62,635 bases of DNA, taken from the NCBI GenBank assembly GCA_964636885.1, contig CAZWVA010000001.1:52228-114862 (forward strand), in the 5' to 3' direction. This stretch comes from an uncultured Spirochaetia bacterium (GTDB taxonomy: Bacteria; Desulfobacterota_D; UBA1144; Nemesobacterales; CSP1-2). Position 1 is the stretch's first letter, and each line of letters starts with the position of its first letter. Positions 38,841-47,808 of this stretch are shown here, piece by piece. The position numbers were made by a program, and so were the translations under genes. The notes beneath the pieces were generated by a model. That model was not told the origin of the DNA. It made no database searches and saw nothing but the letters and a program-made list of their open reading frames with translations.

Positions 38841-39413
38841 ATGAAGGGGTTTATAGTTCTACTGTGTATAGTCCTTTGGGCATGTGATTCCGGGCTGCCT
38901 ATAAAAGGAGAGTTTCCCGATATACCTCTAAGGGATCAGGATGGGAGGGAATTCACCTTTTCCCAGCTTAGAGGGAAGGTCTTGGTGGTAAGCTACATAT
39001 ACACCAACTGCCCTGATGTGTGCCACATTATAGGCGCCAGGATGAACGCGTTTAAGAAGAGATTAGACGAGAGTGGTATAGAGGATAGGGTTTATTTTGT
39101 GTCAATAACCCTTGATCCTAAAAGGGATACGCCGGAGGTACTTAAGGCTCATGCCAAGATGATGAAATTGGATCTTAGCAACTGGGTCTTTGTGACCGGG
39201 GATGAGAACGCCATTAATTCAACGATACGGGTGGCGGGGATGGAGGCTATAAAAGGTCCCATTGAGTACTCCGCAAGCGGCCAGGTTTCCTACTCGATAA
39301 CCCATATGGACAGAATAAGCCTGGTGGATGAAAGGGGAAGGATAAGGAAGCACTATAAGGGCAGTGCGTTTGATATGGACGGGCTTTTAAAGGATATAAA
39401 GGGTCTCCTATGA
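38841..39413 (+). CDS. SCO family copper chaperone (lipoprotein)
   Basis: LWAC lipobox-like, YTNCPDVC, ITHMD. Confidence 0.88.
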   Translation: MKGFIVLLCIVLWACDSGLPIKGEFPDIPLRDQDGREFTFSQLRGKVLVVSYIYTNCPDVCHIIGARMNAFKKRLDESGIEDRVYFVSITLDPKRDTPEVLKAHAKMMKLDLSNWVFVTGDENAINSTIRVAGMEAIKGPIEYSASGQVSYSITHMDRISLVDERGRIRKHYKGSAFDMDGLLKDIKGLL

Positions 39414-39479
39414 CATCCCATGCCGGTTCTTCTATCCGTCTTAAATTAAGACGACTTCCGTCAGATTGATCTTATATTT

Positions 39480-40440
39480 TTTATACACGGCTCTACCCAT
39501 AGCGTAACGTCTCGGAATCTCCTTTCGATTCAACGGATATAATTTTACGACACCTGGCTTTTTCCCCAACCCCTGGAAAAGGAGCGTTGACTTCATAACG
39601 ACCGGTGAAAGACACGGGGTTATCGAGGTCTTTTATCCCGAGGAGAAGGGGTTGGAGCTTGAGGTCATCTTTTAGTGGAAGAGGTAAGCCTTATCAACTC
39701 TCTATCGGAGATGGTCTCTTCCTTCCTCGATCGCAGGGTTATGGAGGATGTCCTTAAAGAGAACCTCGTTAGACTAACAAAAAGGAGGCCGTTACGAATC
39801 TATAATCAGCACGGTTACTCGTAGCGTCCATCAGTCTCTGGATCTTCAAGAGGTGCTTGAAAACGCCGTTAAAGCGATTAGCGAGAACGTGGATGGAGTG
39901 GAGAAGTCTCAATCTACCTGGTTGTTGAGAGAGAAGAGGGGGAAGCCGAGGTACGTTTATTGGCCCCGCCGGAAGGGAAGAGGGGTGGCAATAGGGAACA
40001 CCCAGGCACTGGAAGCGCTGAGAAGAAGCGAAGGGAGGTATAGCGACCTCGTTAACGAGGTAAACGGCGGCCTCTTTACGATTGACGATCTCCCAGTTGG
40101 ACGGGGAGGGCTTATACTCGTAATCGACGACGAGATCTCGGTTAGGGAGATTACGAGGGTAACGTTGGAAACATACGGGTATAGGGTAGTTACTGCAAGC
40201 GACGGGGCAGAGACAATAACGTTATATGCGAAAATAAAATAAGGGGAAGGTAAGGGCTGTCATACTCGATATATGGTGCCTATTATGGTGGACGGCTCCG
40301 TTTGCACCAAAGCGCTTAAGAGGATCGACCCTGGGGTAAATATCATAGCGGTAAGCGGGTTTAAGGAGAACGTTGGGTACGCACTGGTTACCGCTACAGA
40401 AGCGGACGCCTTTTTACAGACATACGATCGGCCGTTGTAA
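39480..40440 (+). pseudogene. Collapsed hybrid sensor kinase/response regulator remnant (GAF plus receiver fragments)
   Basis: Frameshifted pieces: TVTRSVHQSLDLQEVLENAV (GAF), LILVIDDEISVREITRVTLETYGYRVVTASDG and MVP..DG....ALKRIDPGVNIIAVSG (REC); no kinase core. Confidence 0.7.
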
Positions 40441-40459
40441 GATTTTCTTACATCTGACA
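40436..40459. promoter_or_regulatory. Upstream activator-like palindrome, site 2
   Basis: TGTAAGATTTTCTTACA followed by TCTGACA. Confidence 0.75.
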
Positions 40460-40501
40460 TCCCTCTCTTATACAACCACATAGAATGTAAAAGGATTTCA
40501 T

Positions 40502-40517
40502 CGGCACCTTTCTTGCA
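40502..40517 (+). promoter_or_regulatory. sigma54 promoter of the second CBS gene
   Basis: CGGCAC-CTTTC-TTGCA. Confidence 0.75.
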
Positions 40518-40570
40518 CCTTCCCCTTGCGGAAAGGGCGGGGTTTAGGCTATGAAGGGAGGTGAAAGGAC

Positions 40571-41179
40571 ATGCTTGTAAAGAACTGTATGACTCCGGAC
40601 CCTATCACCGTAAGGCCGGAGGACGGTGTTAATCGTACCCTCGATTTACTGAGGAAGAACCGTATCCGCCAGGCTCCTGTGGTTAAAGATGGTAAACTGG
40701 TTGGTATCGTTACAGATGGGGATCTGCGCGCCGCCGTTTTGCGCCAAGGCATTACCACAATAGGCGACGCCATGAGCTCCCCTCCCATTACCATATCCGA
40801 GGATGCGACCCTAGAGGGAGCAGCTAAGATGATCCGCGATTTTAAGTTTAATGCGCTTCCCGTTCTTTCCAGGAGGGGCGAACTCGTAGGGATTATAACC
40901 GTTACGGATGTTCTCGATGGGTTGCTAAAGCTTTTGGGGTTTCACGAGGAGCCCGTTCGGGTCATGGTTAAGATACCGGAGGGTGTGGATGTATATGAGA
41001 TACTAAAGGTGCTTAAGGTATGCTCTGACAGGATCGTGTCATTCAGTTCCTCTACAGAGTGCTATGATACCTTCTACTTCTGGCTTATCGGATGTGACTT
41101 CGATAGGCTGGATAGAAAGCTCAGGGAAAAGAGATTAAACGTTACCGTTAACTACCCTAGAACCCACGACGATAATTGA
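40571..41179 (+). CDS. CBS domain protein with C-terminal ACT-like extension (AcuB-like)
   Basis: MTPDPITV, RQAPVVKDGKLVGIVTDGDLR, LVGIITVTDVL. Confidence 0.85.
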   Translation: MLVKNCMTPDPITVRPEDGVNRTLDLLRKNRIRQAPVVKDGKLVGIVTDGDLRAAVLRQGITTIGDAMSSPPITISEDATLEGAAKMIRDFKFNALPVLSRRGELVGIITVTDVLDGLLKLLGFHEEPVRVMVKIPEGVDVYEILKVLKVCSDRIVSFSSSTECYDTFYFWLIGCDFDRLDRKLREKRLNVTVNYPRTHDDN

Positions 41180-41211
41180 CGCTTACCGGGTTCGACCTCG
41201 AATCCTACTTA

Positions 41212-42021
41212 TCAAATATCCTTTCTCTCGAAGATAAGGATAGCCATAAAGAGTGGGATAAAAAGCCAAGCGAGAAGAACCACCAGAGAAATTACCATGC
41301 CCATGGGGCTTCCAAATGTCCTACCCAACACCGCTCCCGCAGGCCCTACGAGTGCCGCGCTTCCAAGCGACATGATAAAAGTCGTTCTTACCAAATCGGC
41401 GGGGTTTAGAAAGAGAAGGGCTATGATTATACCTCCAAAGGCGAGGGTTAGGCCTACCAGGATAAAATCGTATATGATTACAAACCAGAACCAGAGCATG
41501 AAACTTATCCCAATAGACCTTGCCTTCTCTCCTAAGGCTATTGAGACGAGGGAGGCGATTGAGAGGAAGATGAGGGAGAGTAAAACGGAGAGAAGAACAA
41601 GGAACAGGAAGTGTGAGCTCTCCTCGTAGCCTATGTTTAAACCGAGGATAAAACCTGCCGAGATAAAACCAAGAAGAAGGGTCGCCGTAACGGCCGTTCC
41701 GAGGCCGAGATACTTTCCCAACACAGCCTCTTTTCGACTAATGGGTTGAATTAAGAGCAGCTCCCACGACTCCCTTGCCCCGGTGAAGCTATTTGCCCCC
41801 ATTATAAGCGCCATAAGGGGAACGAGGATTAGGACTAGGTTTAGCAGGCTTACGGCGGGTTTCAAGAACGTGTTACCCCCGCCTCCTATGATTCCAGAAT
41901 AGGACACGGTTGAGTCGAGAAGGATAAAAAGAAGGGCAAAAAAGAAAAACCACCTGTTTCTTATGGCGTCCAGAAACTCCCTTTTGGCGATTACGTAAAC
42001 GATTCTAATATCGGTATCCAT
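41212..42021 (-). CDS. nosY: NosY ABC permease
   Basis: IAKREFLDAIRNRW, WELLLIQPISR....GKYLG, LNPADLVR; in nos cluster. Confidence 0.9.
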   Translation of the reverse strand: MDTDIRIVYVIAKREFLDAIRNRWFFFFALLFILLDSTVSYSGIIGGGGNTFLKPAVSLLNLVLILVPLMALIMGANSFTGARESWELLLIQPISRKEAVLGKYLGLGTAVTATLLLGFISAGFILGLNIGYEESSHFLFLVLLSVLLSLIFLSIASLVSIALGEKARSIGISFMLWFWFVIIYDFILVGLTLAFGGIIIALLFLNPADLVRTTFIMSLGSAALVGPAGAVLGRTFGSPMGMVISLVVLLAWLFIPLFMAILIFERKDI

Positions 42022-42460
42022 GCCTTTCCTTCCAGTCCATCTTAAGAAGGGATTCGAGACGCATGGCCTTGCCTCCGGTTTTATCCGCCGTTTCTTTTGC
42101 CTTGATCGGGTCCTTAAACGCTATGATCCCGTATCCCATGGGCGTGTGGATCTCAGGGGAGATAACGAAGTGGGCTTCCTCTCCCTTTATCCACGTTGCG
42201 CCACCAAAATCCATTACCCAGAAGCGGGTTTTCTCGGGGCTAAGATTATTGGCTTGGGCGTAGGCAAACATGCACCCTATGTCATCGAATTTATGGGCTT
42301 TTCCCTTATCTATGATCTCCGCGGAATAACGAAAGTCACTTATAATCATTCGACAGTTTTCACACATGTCTATTCCCCTATTTATGGGAACGGGGGAGTC
42401 ATTTGATCGACAACCCGCTATAAGTAACAGGGAAAAAAGAGGGATCGCTATCCTATAAAT
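42005..42460 (-). CDS. nosL: NosL copper-chaperone lipoprotein; probable ATT start at 42460
   Basis: C..C.M.I, FDDIGC, HTPMGYG motifs; the frame extends upstream to (I)YRIAIPLFSLLLIAG-C lipobox with no ATG/GTG/TTG. Confidence 0.88.
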   Translation of the reverse strand: MYRIAIPLFSLLLIAGCRSNDSPVPINRGIDMCENCRMIISDFRYSAEIIDKGKAHKFDDIGCMFAYAQANNLSPEKTRFWVMDFGGATWIKGEEAHFVISPEIHTPMGYGIIAFKDPIKAKETADKTGGKAMRLESLLKMDWKERHGYRY

Positions 42461-43361
42461 CGGAATCTCCCTCCGTGTATTTGATGAATATCTCTTCGAG
42501 TGAAGGGTCTTCTGTCCAGAAATCCAATATGTTGAACCCGTTTTCCAACAGGGCTTTAATCACCCTTGTCTTATCCCTAGGTGATATAAGACACCTTAGG
42601 TTCCTTCCTCTAATCTCCGCGTCCTTTGCTCCGAGATCCTCGACGAGTTTAATCCCCATTGGGCTCGGATTCTCGAGTACCACCTCTAGAATCGAGCCCA
42701 TCTTAAGCCTGGTCCTTAGTCCTTCCAGTGTATCGAGTGCAACGATCCTTCCCCGAACCAGTATGGCTATCCTCTCGGCGAGCTCCTCTATGTAGCTCAG
42801 TATATGGGATGAGAGGAGGATGGTTTTCCCCCTTCTCTTTTCTTCCCTTATGAGCCTTTTAAAGGCGATCCTCCCCTCCGGGTCCAGGCTGATCGTGGGC
42901 TCGTCCAGTATGAGAATAGGAGGGTCGGAGATAATCGCCTGTGCAAGGGCCAGCCTCTGGATCATTCCACCCGAGAGCGCTCCCACCTTCTTATTCCTCT
43001 GTTCCAGGATCCCCACGGCTCTAAGTACGTCTTCCGGTCTTTTGTTATTCGTGCCCCTTAGCTCGCTATAGAATTCTATGACCTCAAACACGCTGAGGTT
43101 TTCATGAAAGGAGATCCTCTGAGGAACGTATCCTATCCTCTTTTTTATCTCCTTCTGGTTCTTGCTTACCTCTATATTATCAACGAGTATCCTCCCTTCG
43201 GTAGGATGTATAAGGCCTAGAACGGCATTTAGAAGCGTGGTCTTCCCCGCCCCGTTTGGACCGACTATGGCAAAGGTTTCGCCTCTTTGCACCTCAAGAG
43301 AGACCCCTTGGAGCGCCCTTGTGTTTCTATAATCCTTTACGAGGTTCTCAATCCTTATCAT
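42453..43361 (-). CDS. nosF: NosF ABC ATPase
   Basis: GPNGAGKT, LSGGMIQRL, LILDEP; between nosD and nosL. Confidence 0.9.
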   Translation of the reverse strand: MIRIENLVKDYRNTRALQGVSLEVQRGETFAIVGPNGAGKTTLLNAVLGLIHPTEGRILVDNIEVSKNQKEIKKRIGYVPQRISFHENLSVFEVIEFYSELRGTNNKRPEDVLRAVGILEQRNKKVGALSGGMIQRLALAQAIISDPPILILDEPTISLDPEGRIAFKRLIREEKRRGKTILLSSHILSYIEELAERIAILVRGRIVALDTLEGLRTRLKMGSILEVVLENPSPMGIKLVEDLGAKDAEIRGRNLRCLISPRDKTRVIKALLENGFNILDFWTEDPSLEEIFIKYTEGDSDL

Positions 43362-44658
43362 TTTTCGTCCCTTCGTTAGTCCAAACGGGGTTCATTAGAG
43401 GATAAGGGTCTTCGATTTCAACGGGGTTTAGTACGGGAATAATCCTCTCTGCAAACTCAAGTGCCTTCATGCCGGGGCTTTCCATAAAGACCGTGAGGTC
43501 GGGGTAGCGCTTCATCAGATATGAAAGGAGCTTCACCGGTTTGTAGGGGATGTCTCCGATTCCGTCTCCATCTAGATCGTATCCGTTATACCCCTTGTAG
43601 TCGCTCCAGTAGTTTCCGGTTGAGTCCTTAAAAAACCGGTTTGTCGTGCGGTCTGTATCGGTCATCACCTGATACGTGTTGTCTAGAAAGTCGTTCCCAT
43701 ATATCGTATTATCGTTGGAGCTGGAAAACAGGTCAATTGCCCAACCGTTTTGTAAAAACACGTTTCCGGTAAAAACGTTCCTATTGGCATCGTCCATAAA
43801 GACCCCCACCGTATTATTGGATATTATGTTTCCTCTGGCAAGTGTGTCGTTTAGGGATTTAAGAAGCATACCGAACCCGTTTGGACCGAGGTTGTTTTTA
43901 AAGGCGTTTTTTCTAAGAACGATGTTTTTAGAATACATAATCGCGCTTCCGGTTCCGTTTCTCTCAAATGTGTTTTCCTCGAATGTGTTGTCATCCGAGT
44001 ACATATAGTGTAGACCGTATCTCACGTTTCTCTCACAGTGATTCCCTCTTATGGAGTTGCCGGGTGAGAACTCTACGTATATCCCATCCCTGTGCTTTAC
44101 TATGTGGTTTCCCTCGATCGTGTTATTTGGCGACTTCCAGAGGTGAATCCCGTTTCCGTTTTCCTCTTCTGTCGTATAATCCGCTCTTCCATAAGACGTG
44201 TTATTCCTGATCGTGTTGCCGGAAGATGAGTAGAGGTATACGCCTATTATAACGTCCTCGAGTTTGTTCTCTTCGATTATGACCCCTCTTGAATTTGCTA
44301 TCTTTATTCCGCTTTCGTCTTTTAGAAGATCGCCCCCACTTCTTCTTATAGTAAAGCCTTTAATCAAAACCCCGTCAGCCTCTATTCTTATGACGTCGCC
44401 CTTATATCCGCCGTCGATTACGGGTTGATTTTCCCCGATGAGAAACACCTTTTTATCTAGGACTATATTCTCCCTGTACACTCCTTCCTTAACGACTATC
44501 GTGTCGCCTTCGGCTGAGTTCCGGAGTGCTTCTGTGATTGAGGAATAGGCCGATCCTTTTCCTACGGTGATCTCCCCGGCAATTGATTCTGCCCGGAGAG
44601 CGATAAGGGAGATTAAGCCCGTAATTACTATAATCGCTTCTGCCTTGATTCGAGCCAT
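43348..44658 (-). CDS. nosD: Nitrous oxide reductase maturation protein
   Basis: Beta-helix repeats, GNGIHLW, RYGLHYMYSDDN, GNYWSDY.GYDLDGDGIGDIPY.P. Confidence 0.93.
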   Translation of the reverse strand: MARIKAEAIIVITGLISLIALRAESIAGEITVGKGSAYSSITEALRNSAEGDTIVVKEGVYRENIVLDKKVFLIGENQPVIDGGYKGDVIRIEADGVLIKGFTIRRSGGDLLKDESGIKIANSRGVIIEENKLEDVIIGVYLYSSSGNTIRNNTSYGRADYTTEEENGNGIHLWKSPNNTIEGNHIVKHRDGIYVEFSPGNSIRGNHCERNVRYGLHYMYSDDNTFEENTFERNGTGSAIMYSKNIVLRKNAFKNNLGPNGFGMLLKSLNDTLARGNIISNNTVGVFMDDANRNVFTGNVFLQNGWAIDLFSSSNDNTIYGNDFLDNTYQVMTDTDRTTNRFFKDSTGNYWSDYKGYNGYDLDGDGIGDIPYKPVKLLSYLMKRYPDLTVFMESPGMKALEFAERIIPVLNPVEIEDPYPLMNPVWTNEGTKNDKD

Positions 44659-45242
44659 ACTATTATCGGTCCGAGTATAGCCGCAAAACCCATGAGTATT
44701 GCACCGGAGCCCGGAAGGCTTATAACCTTAAAGTTTGCGATCTGTTTTACCCCGATGATGTTCGGTGTAAAAGGATCCATTTTTATCGCGGCTTGTGGGT
44801 TGAGGTTGTGGCCATACTCATAGAGCCATCTGTAGAAGTCCCCTAGCATGAAGACCCCAAACAGGATAAATAGGATCCATCCTATAGTGGCGAAATGCCA
44901 TCTTCCTACGATTGCAGAGAGGAGAGCAAGTACACTAAAGGCGATGATCGTAAAGGGAAGCCACTTAAACTCCTTGAATTCGTCGGGTCTTATCTCGTGC
45001 ATCCCTATATAGTGGTTAAGGGCGTTAATTATCTTGGGGGTATCGTTTGTTAGGTCGAGTTCCGGGTTATACTCCGTCAATTTGTTTGCGTATATGTACA
45101 TCCTTACACCTTTCGGATACTGTGGGGCTACAAGCGTTACCGTCCATATTGGAAGGACTATGGCGGGTATAATAGAAAGAGCCGCAATAACTATAAGAAT
45201 CCGAGCCTGCTTTGATAAGCGACCTGAAAGGACGTTGACCAT
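44628..45242 (-). CDS. nosB: NosB-like membrane protein of clade II nos clusters
   Basis: APQYPKG..M.I, INALNHYIGM, WLYEYGHNL...A.IK. Confidence 0.8.
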   Translation of the reverse strand: MVNVLSGRLSKQARILIVIAALSIIPAIVLPIWTVTLVAPQYPKGVRMYIYANKLTEYNPELDLTNDTPKIINALNHYIGMHEIRPDEFKEFKWLPFTIIAFSVLALLSAIVGRWHFATIGWILFILFGVFMLGDFYRWLYEYGHNLNPQAAIKMDPFTPNIIGVKQIANFKVISLPGSGAILMGFAAILGPIIVWLESRQKRL

Positions 45243-45264
45243 TTTCTTATGATACCTCCCTCAA

Positions 45265-45314
45265 TAAAAAATTGAAGAGGGGAAGGGCGAAAAGAAAAAG
45301 GCCTCCCCTCCTCT
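45265..45314 (-). terminator. Terminator-like hairpin between nosZ and nosB
   Basis: Minus strand GAGGAGGGGAGGC...GCCCTTCCCCTCTT followed by a T-run. Confidence 0.55.
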
Positions 45315-45320
45315 ATTGGT

Positions 45321-47153
45321 TTACTTGGAGCCTTTAGAGGCTACTTCGATATAGCCCTGCATCTCTTGGTGGAGGGCCGAACAGAAGTTTGTGCAGTAAA
45401 AGGGATAGATACCCGGCTTCTCTGCGATCCACTTAACCGTTTTCGTTTCCCCTGGATCTACCTGCATATCTATATTTGAGAAGTTGATCCCAAATCCATG
45501 CGTTATGTCGTTATCCTGTTCGATGTTTGTAACGTGGAAGTACACGGTGTCTCCCTCTTCAACCTTGATGATATCGGGTGTGAAGTGGCTTCTTATGGCG
45601 ATCATGTAAACATCCACCTTATTCCCGTTTCTTTCAATGCGTGCCTGCTCTGGGCTCTTTATCATATTTGGGTCCTTGTTCTCCTCCAGCGGGTATATCT
45701 TCTGGGGGTTTACGAGTCTTGCGTTGATTATCTGACCGTAGTGTGGCTCAACCTGGGTAGGAAAGTCAAGAAGCATTTCCATCTTCTTGCCCGTTATATC
45801 GATGAGCTGTGCGCTCTCCGGGTAGGAGGGGCCAACAGGAAGGTATCTGTCCTTTGCCAGTTTATTCAAGGCGAGCATGTACTTACCCTCTGGGTGCACC
45901 GTATCTCCATGGGCGACGGCGAGGTGCCCTATGGCATAGTAGACCGGGATCTTATCCACGACTTCCCATGTCCCAAGCTTCCACTTGGCAATCGCAGAAT
46001 CTACAAAAAGGGATGTGTATGCGTATCCTTTGTCGTCAAACTGTGTATGAAGTGGACCAAGTCCTACAGGAACCTCGGCGACCCTAACGGATTCGTATTT
46101 GATTATCGGTATCCCCATGGCATCTCCGTCGAAGTCACCTTTCTTTATGGCCTCCTGCATCTTCTCAAAGCTGTGTACGACTGCTACAGCGGCGAGTTTC
46201 CCTCCACCGACTATATACTTCCCGTCAGGGGAGACATCTGCGCCGTGCGGGCTTTTCGGGGTGGGAAGAAGATACACTATACCCTTTACCTCTTGCGGGT
46301 CAATGACCTTGACTCCGTTAATCTCCTTGTATTTCCCCTCTTTAATCGCCTCTTCCGCGGCCTTCCAGTTTACGGCGGCAATAAAGTCTCTGTCTTTCTG
46401 GGAGGCCCCGACCTCTAGTTCCTTATACGCCATCTCGGTGTTGTAAGAGCTAAAGAACGCCCAGCCGTAGCTTACCTGCTTCCCGGCATCGGCCAGGTCG
46501 TAATCGAAGGGCGGCATCAGGATCTGAAAGGCGTTTTCCATGTGCCCTGTATTCTTATCCACACTTACAAAGGCGATTACACCCTTAAAGTTCTCCTTGT
46601 AGCTTTCTATTGAAACATCGCGGTTCGGTACGGGAACCGAAAACCTGGTTGCACCGACCACGTATTCCGTGTTTGGTGTGACAAATGGGCTTGCGTGGTT
46701 TCCAGACACATTGGGAACTTGTATTATCTCCTCTGTGGTGAATGTCTTAAGATTTATGCGGGCTATTCGTGCGCTGTTATTGTCGTTTATAAAAAGCCAT
46801 CTCCCGTCGTAATCTCCGTTTGTCTCCGAGAGGGCGGGGTGATGGGCGTCGCCCCAGGTGTAGCCACCCAGTATGCTTTTACTCTCTTCATCGATGCCCC
46901 ATCCTATGGCTGGATCGGGTGTAAAAACTGGTATCACCCTTAGTAGCCTTCCAGACGGAAGTCCATAGACCGCTATCTGACCGGAATGGCCACCTGAGAG
47001 AAAGGCATAGTAGCTATCGTACTTTCCCGGAGGGACATAGACCTTTTCCGCCGGGCTCTCCTTTCCTTTACAGGCAAAGAGAAGCCCGATAAAGACAAAA
47101 AGGACGGAGAGACATAAAAAGCTCGCTCTGTTTCTAAGACTCATAGATCTCAT
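45321..47153 (-). CDS. nosZ: Sec-dependent (clade II) nitrous oxide reductase with lipoprotein-type signal
   Basis: WGDAHH, GNH, KSPHG, GLGPLH, EPH CuZ ligands; CTNFCSALHQEM CuA; no twin-Arg, LFA-C lipobox. Confidence 0.95.
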   Translation of the reverse strand: MRSMSLRNRASFLCLSVLFVFIGLLFACKGKESPAEKVYVPPGKYDSYYAFLSGGHSGQIAVYGLPSGRLLRVIPVFTPDPAIGWGIDEESKSILGGYTWGDAHHPALSETNGDYDGRWLFINDNNSARIARINLKTFTTEEIIQVPNVSGNHASPFVTPNTEYVVGATRFSVPVPNRDVSIESYKENFKGVIAFVSVDKNTGHMENAFQILMPPFDYDLADAGKQVSYGWAFFSSYNTEMAYKELEVGASQKDRDFIAAVNWKAAEEAIKEGKYKEINGVKVIDPQEVKGIVYLLPTPKSPHGADVSPDGKYIVGGGKLAAVAVVHSFEKMQEAIKKGDFDGDAMGIPIIKYESVRVAEVPVGLGPLHTQFDDKGYAYTSLFVDSAIAKWKLGTWEVVDKIPVYYAIGHLAVAHGDTVHPEGKYMLALNKLAKDRYLPVGPSYPESAQLIDITGKKMEMLLDFPTQVEPHYGQIINARLVNPQKIYPLEENKDPNMIKSPEQARIERNGNKVDVYMIAIRSHFTPDIIKVEEGDTVYFHVTNIEQDNDITHGFGINFSNIDMQVDPGETKTVKWIAEKPGIYPFYCTNFCSALHQEMQGYIEVASKGSK

Positions 47154-47181
47154 CTTATTTACCTCCTTTTTATGCAGTTAA

Positions 47182-47655
47182 CTAGTCTTTTTCTTTATGT
47201 TGTTCGGTTTCCCCTTTTGCTTGGGAATCCTTCATCCTAAAATACATGATGATTGCCTGGGCTTCTTCAGGAGTGACGTTCTGATTGGGCATCCTTACCA
47301 TATATGTTGCGAGTAGCTCTCTGGCTATAGGATCCTTTTCGAGCATGACCTCTGGGTGAAGGATCTGATTTGCAATCCAATCGAGATTCCGTCTCTCCGT
47401 AACGCCGGCAAGATCAGGGCCTGTGCGTTTTCCCTGCCCGATTGTATGACATGCCGAACAGCCCTTGGTCTGAAATAGCTCTTCCCCTTTCTCTGCGAGT
47501 TCATGGTCGATTGGAGGGGGTGCCTTCGCCTCTTCCTCATGGGTTATCTCTTGCTTTGCCTCACCGACTTCTGTTCCCTCTTCTTCCTTGCCCTTACAGG
47601 ATATCAGAATTACTAGGAGAACCGCAACGGCTAACGTTAGGCCCTTTCTTCTCAA
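47182..47655 (-). CDS. Monoheme cytochrome c lipoprotein upstream of nosZ
   Basis: LIS-C lipobox, CSACH, GPDLAGVT, MPNQN. Confidence 0.88.
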   Translation of the reverse strand: MRRKGLTLAVAVLLVILISCKGKEEEGTEVGEAKQEITHEEEAKAPPPIDHELAEKGEELFQTKGCSACHTIGQGKRTGPDLAGVTERRNLDWIANQILHPEVMLEKDPIARELLATYMVRMPNQNVTPEEAQAIIMYFRMKDSQAKGETEQHKEKD

Positions 47656-47697
47656 TTGTCTTACCTCCTTTTTTCGACCGCTTTTCTAGGGAATATG

Positions 47698-47713
47698 TGC
47701 AATCCTTATGCCA
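47698..47713 (-). promoter_or_regulatory. sigma54 promoter of the nos operon
   Basis: TGGCAT-AAGGA-TTGCA. Confidence 0.8.
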
Positions 47714-47757
47714 GATAGAAGACCCTGTAATCGTTGTATTTTAAAAAGTCCGAAGGG

Positions 47758-47781
47758 TGTAAGGTGTCGGATAATCTGACA
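47758..47781. promoter_or_regulatory. Upstream activator-like palindrome, site 3
   Basis: TGTAAGG then TGTCGGATAATCTGACA. Confidence 0.75.
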
Positions 47782-47788
47782 CTTATAT

Positions 47789-47802
47789 AGTGAGCGCTCA
47801 CT
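47789..47802. promoter_or_regulatory. TetR-type operator next to the nos enhancer
   Basis: Perfect palindrome AGTGAGCGCTCACT; related copy at 48395-48414. Confidence 0.65.
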
Positions 47803-47808
47803 CATCGG

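Noticed and set aside
45498-46418. 306-aa ORF antisense to nosZ
   Set aside because: Shadow frame of a well-conserved gene; no recognisable motifs or RBS
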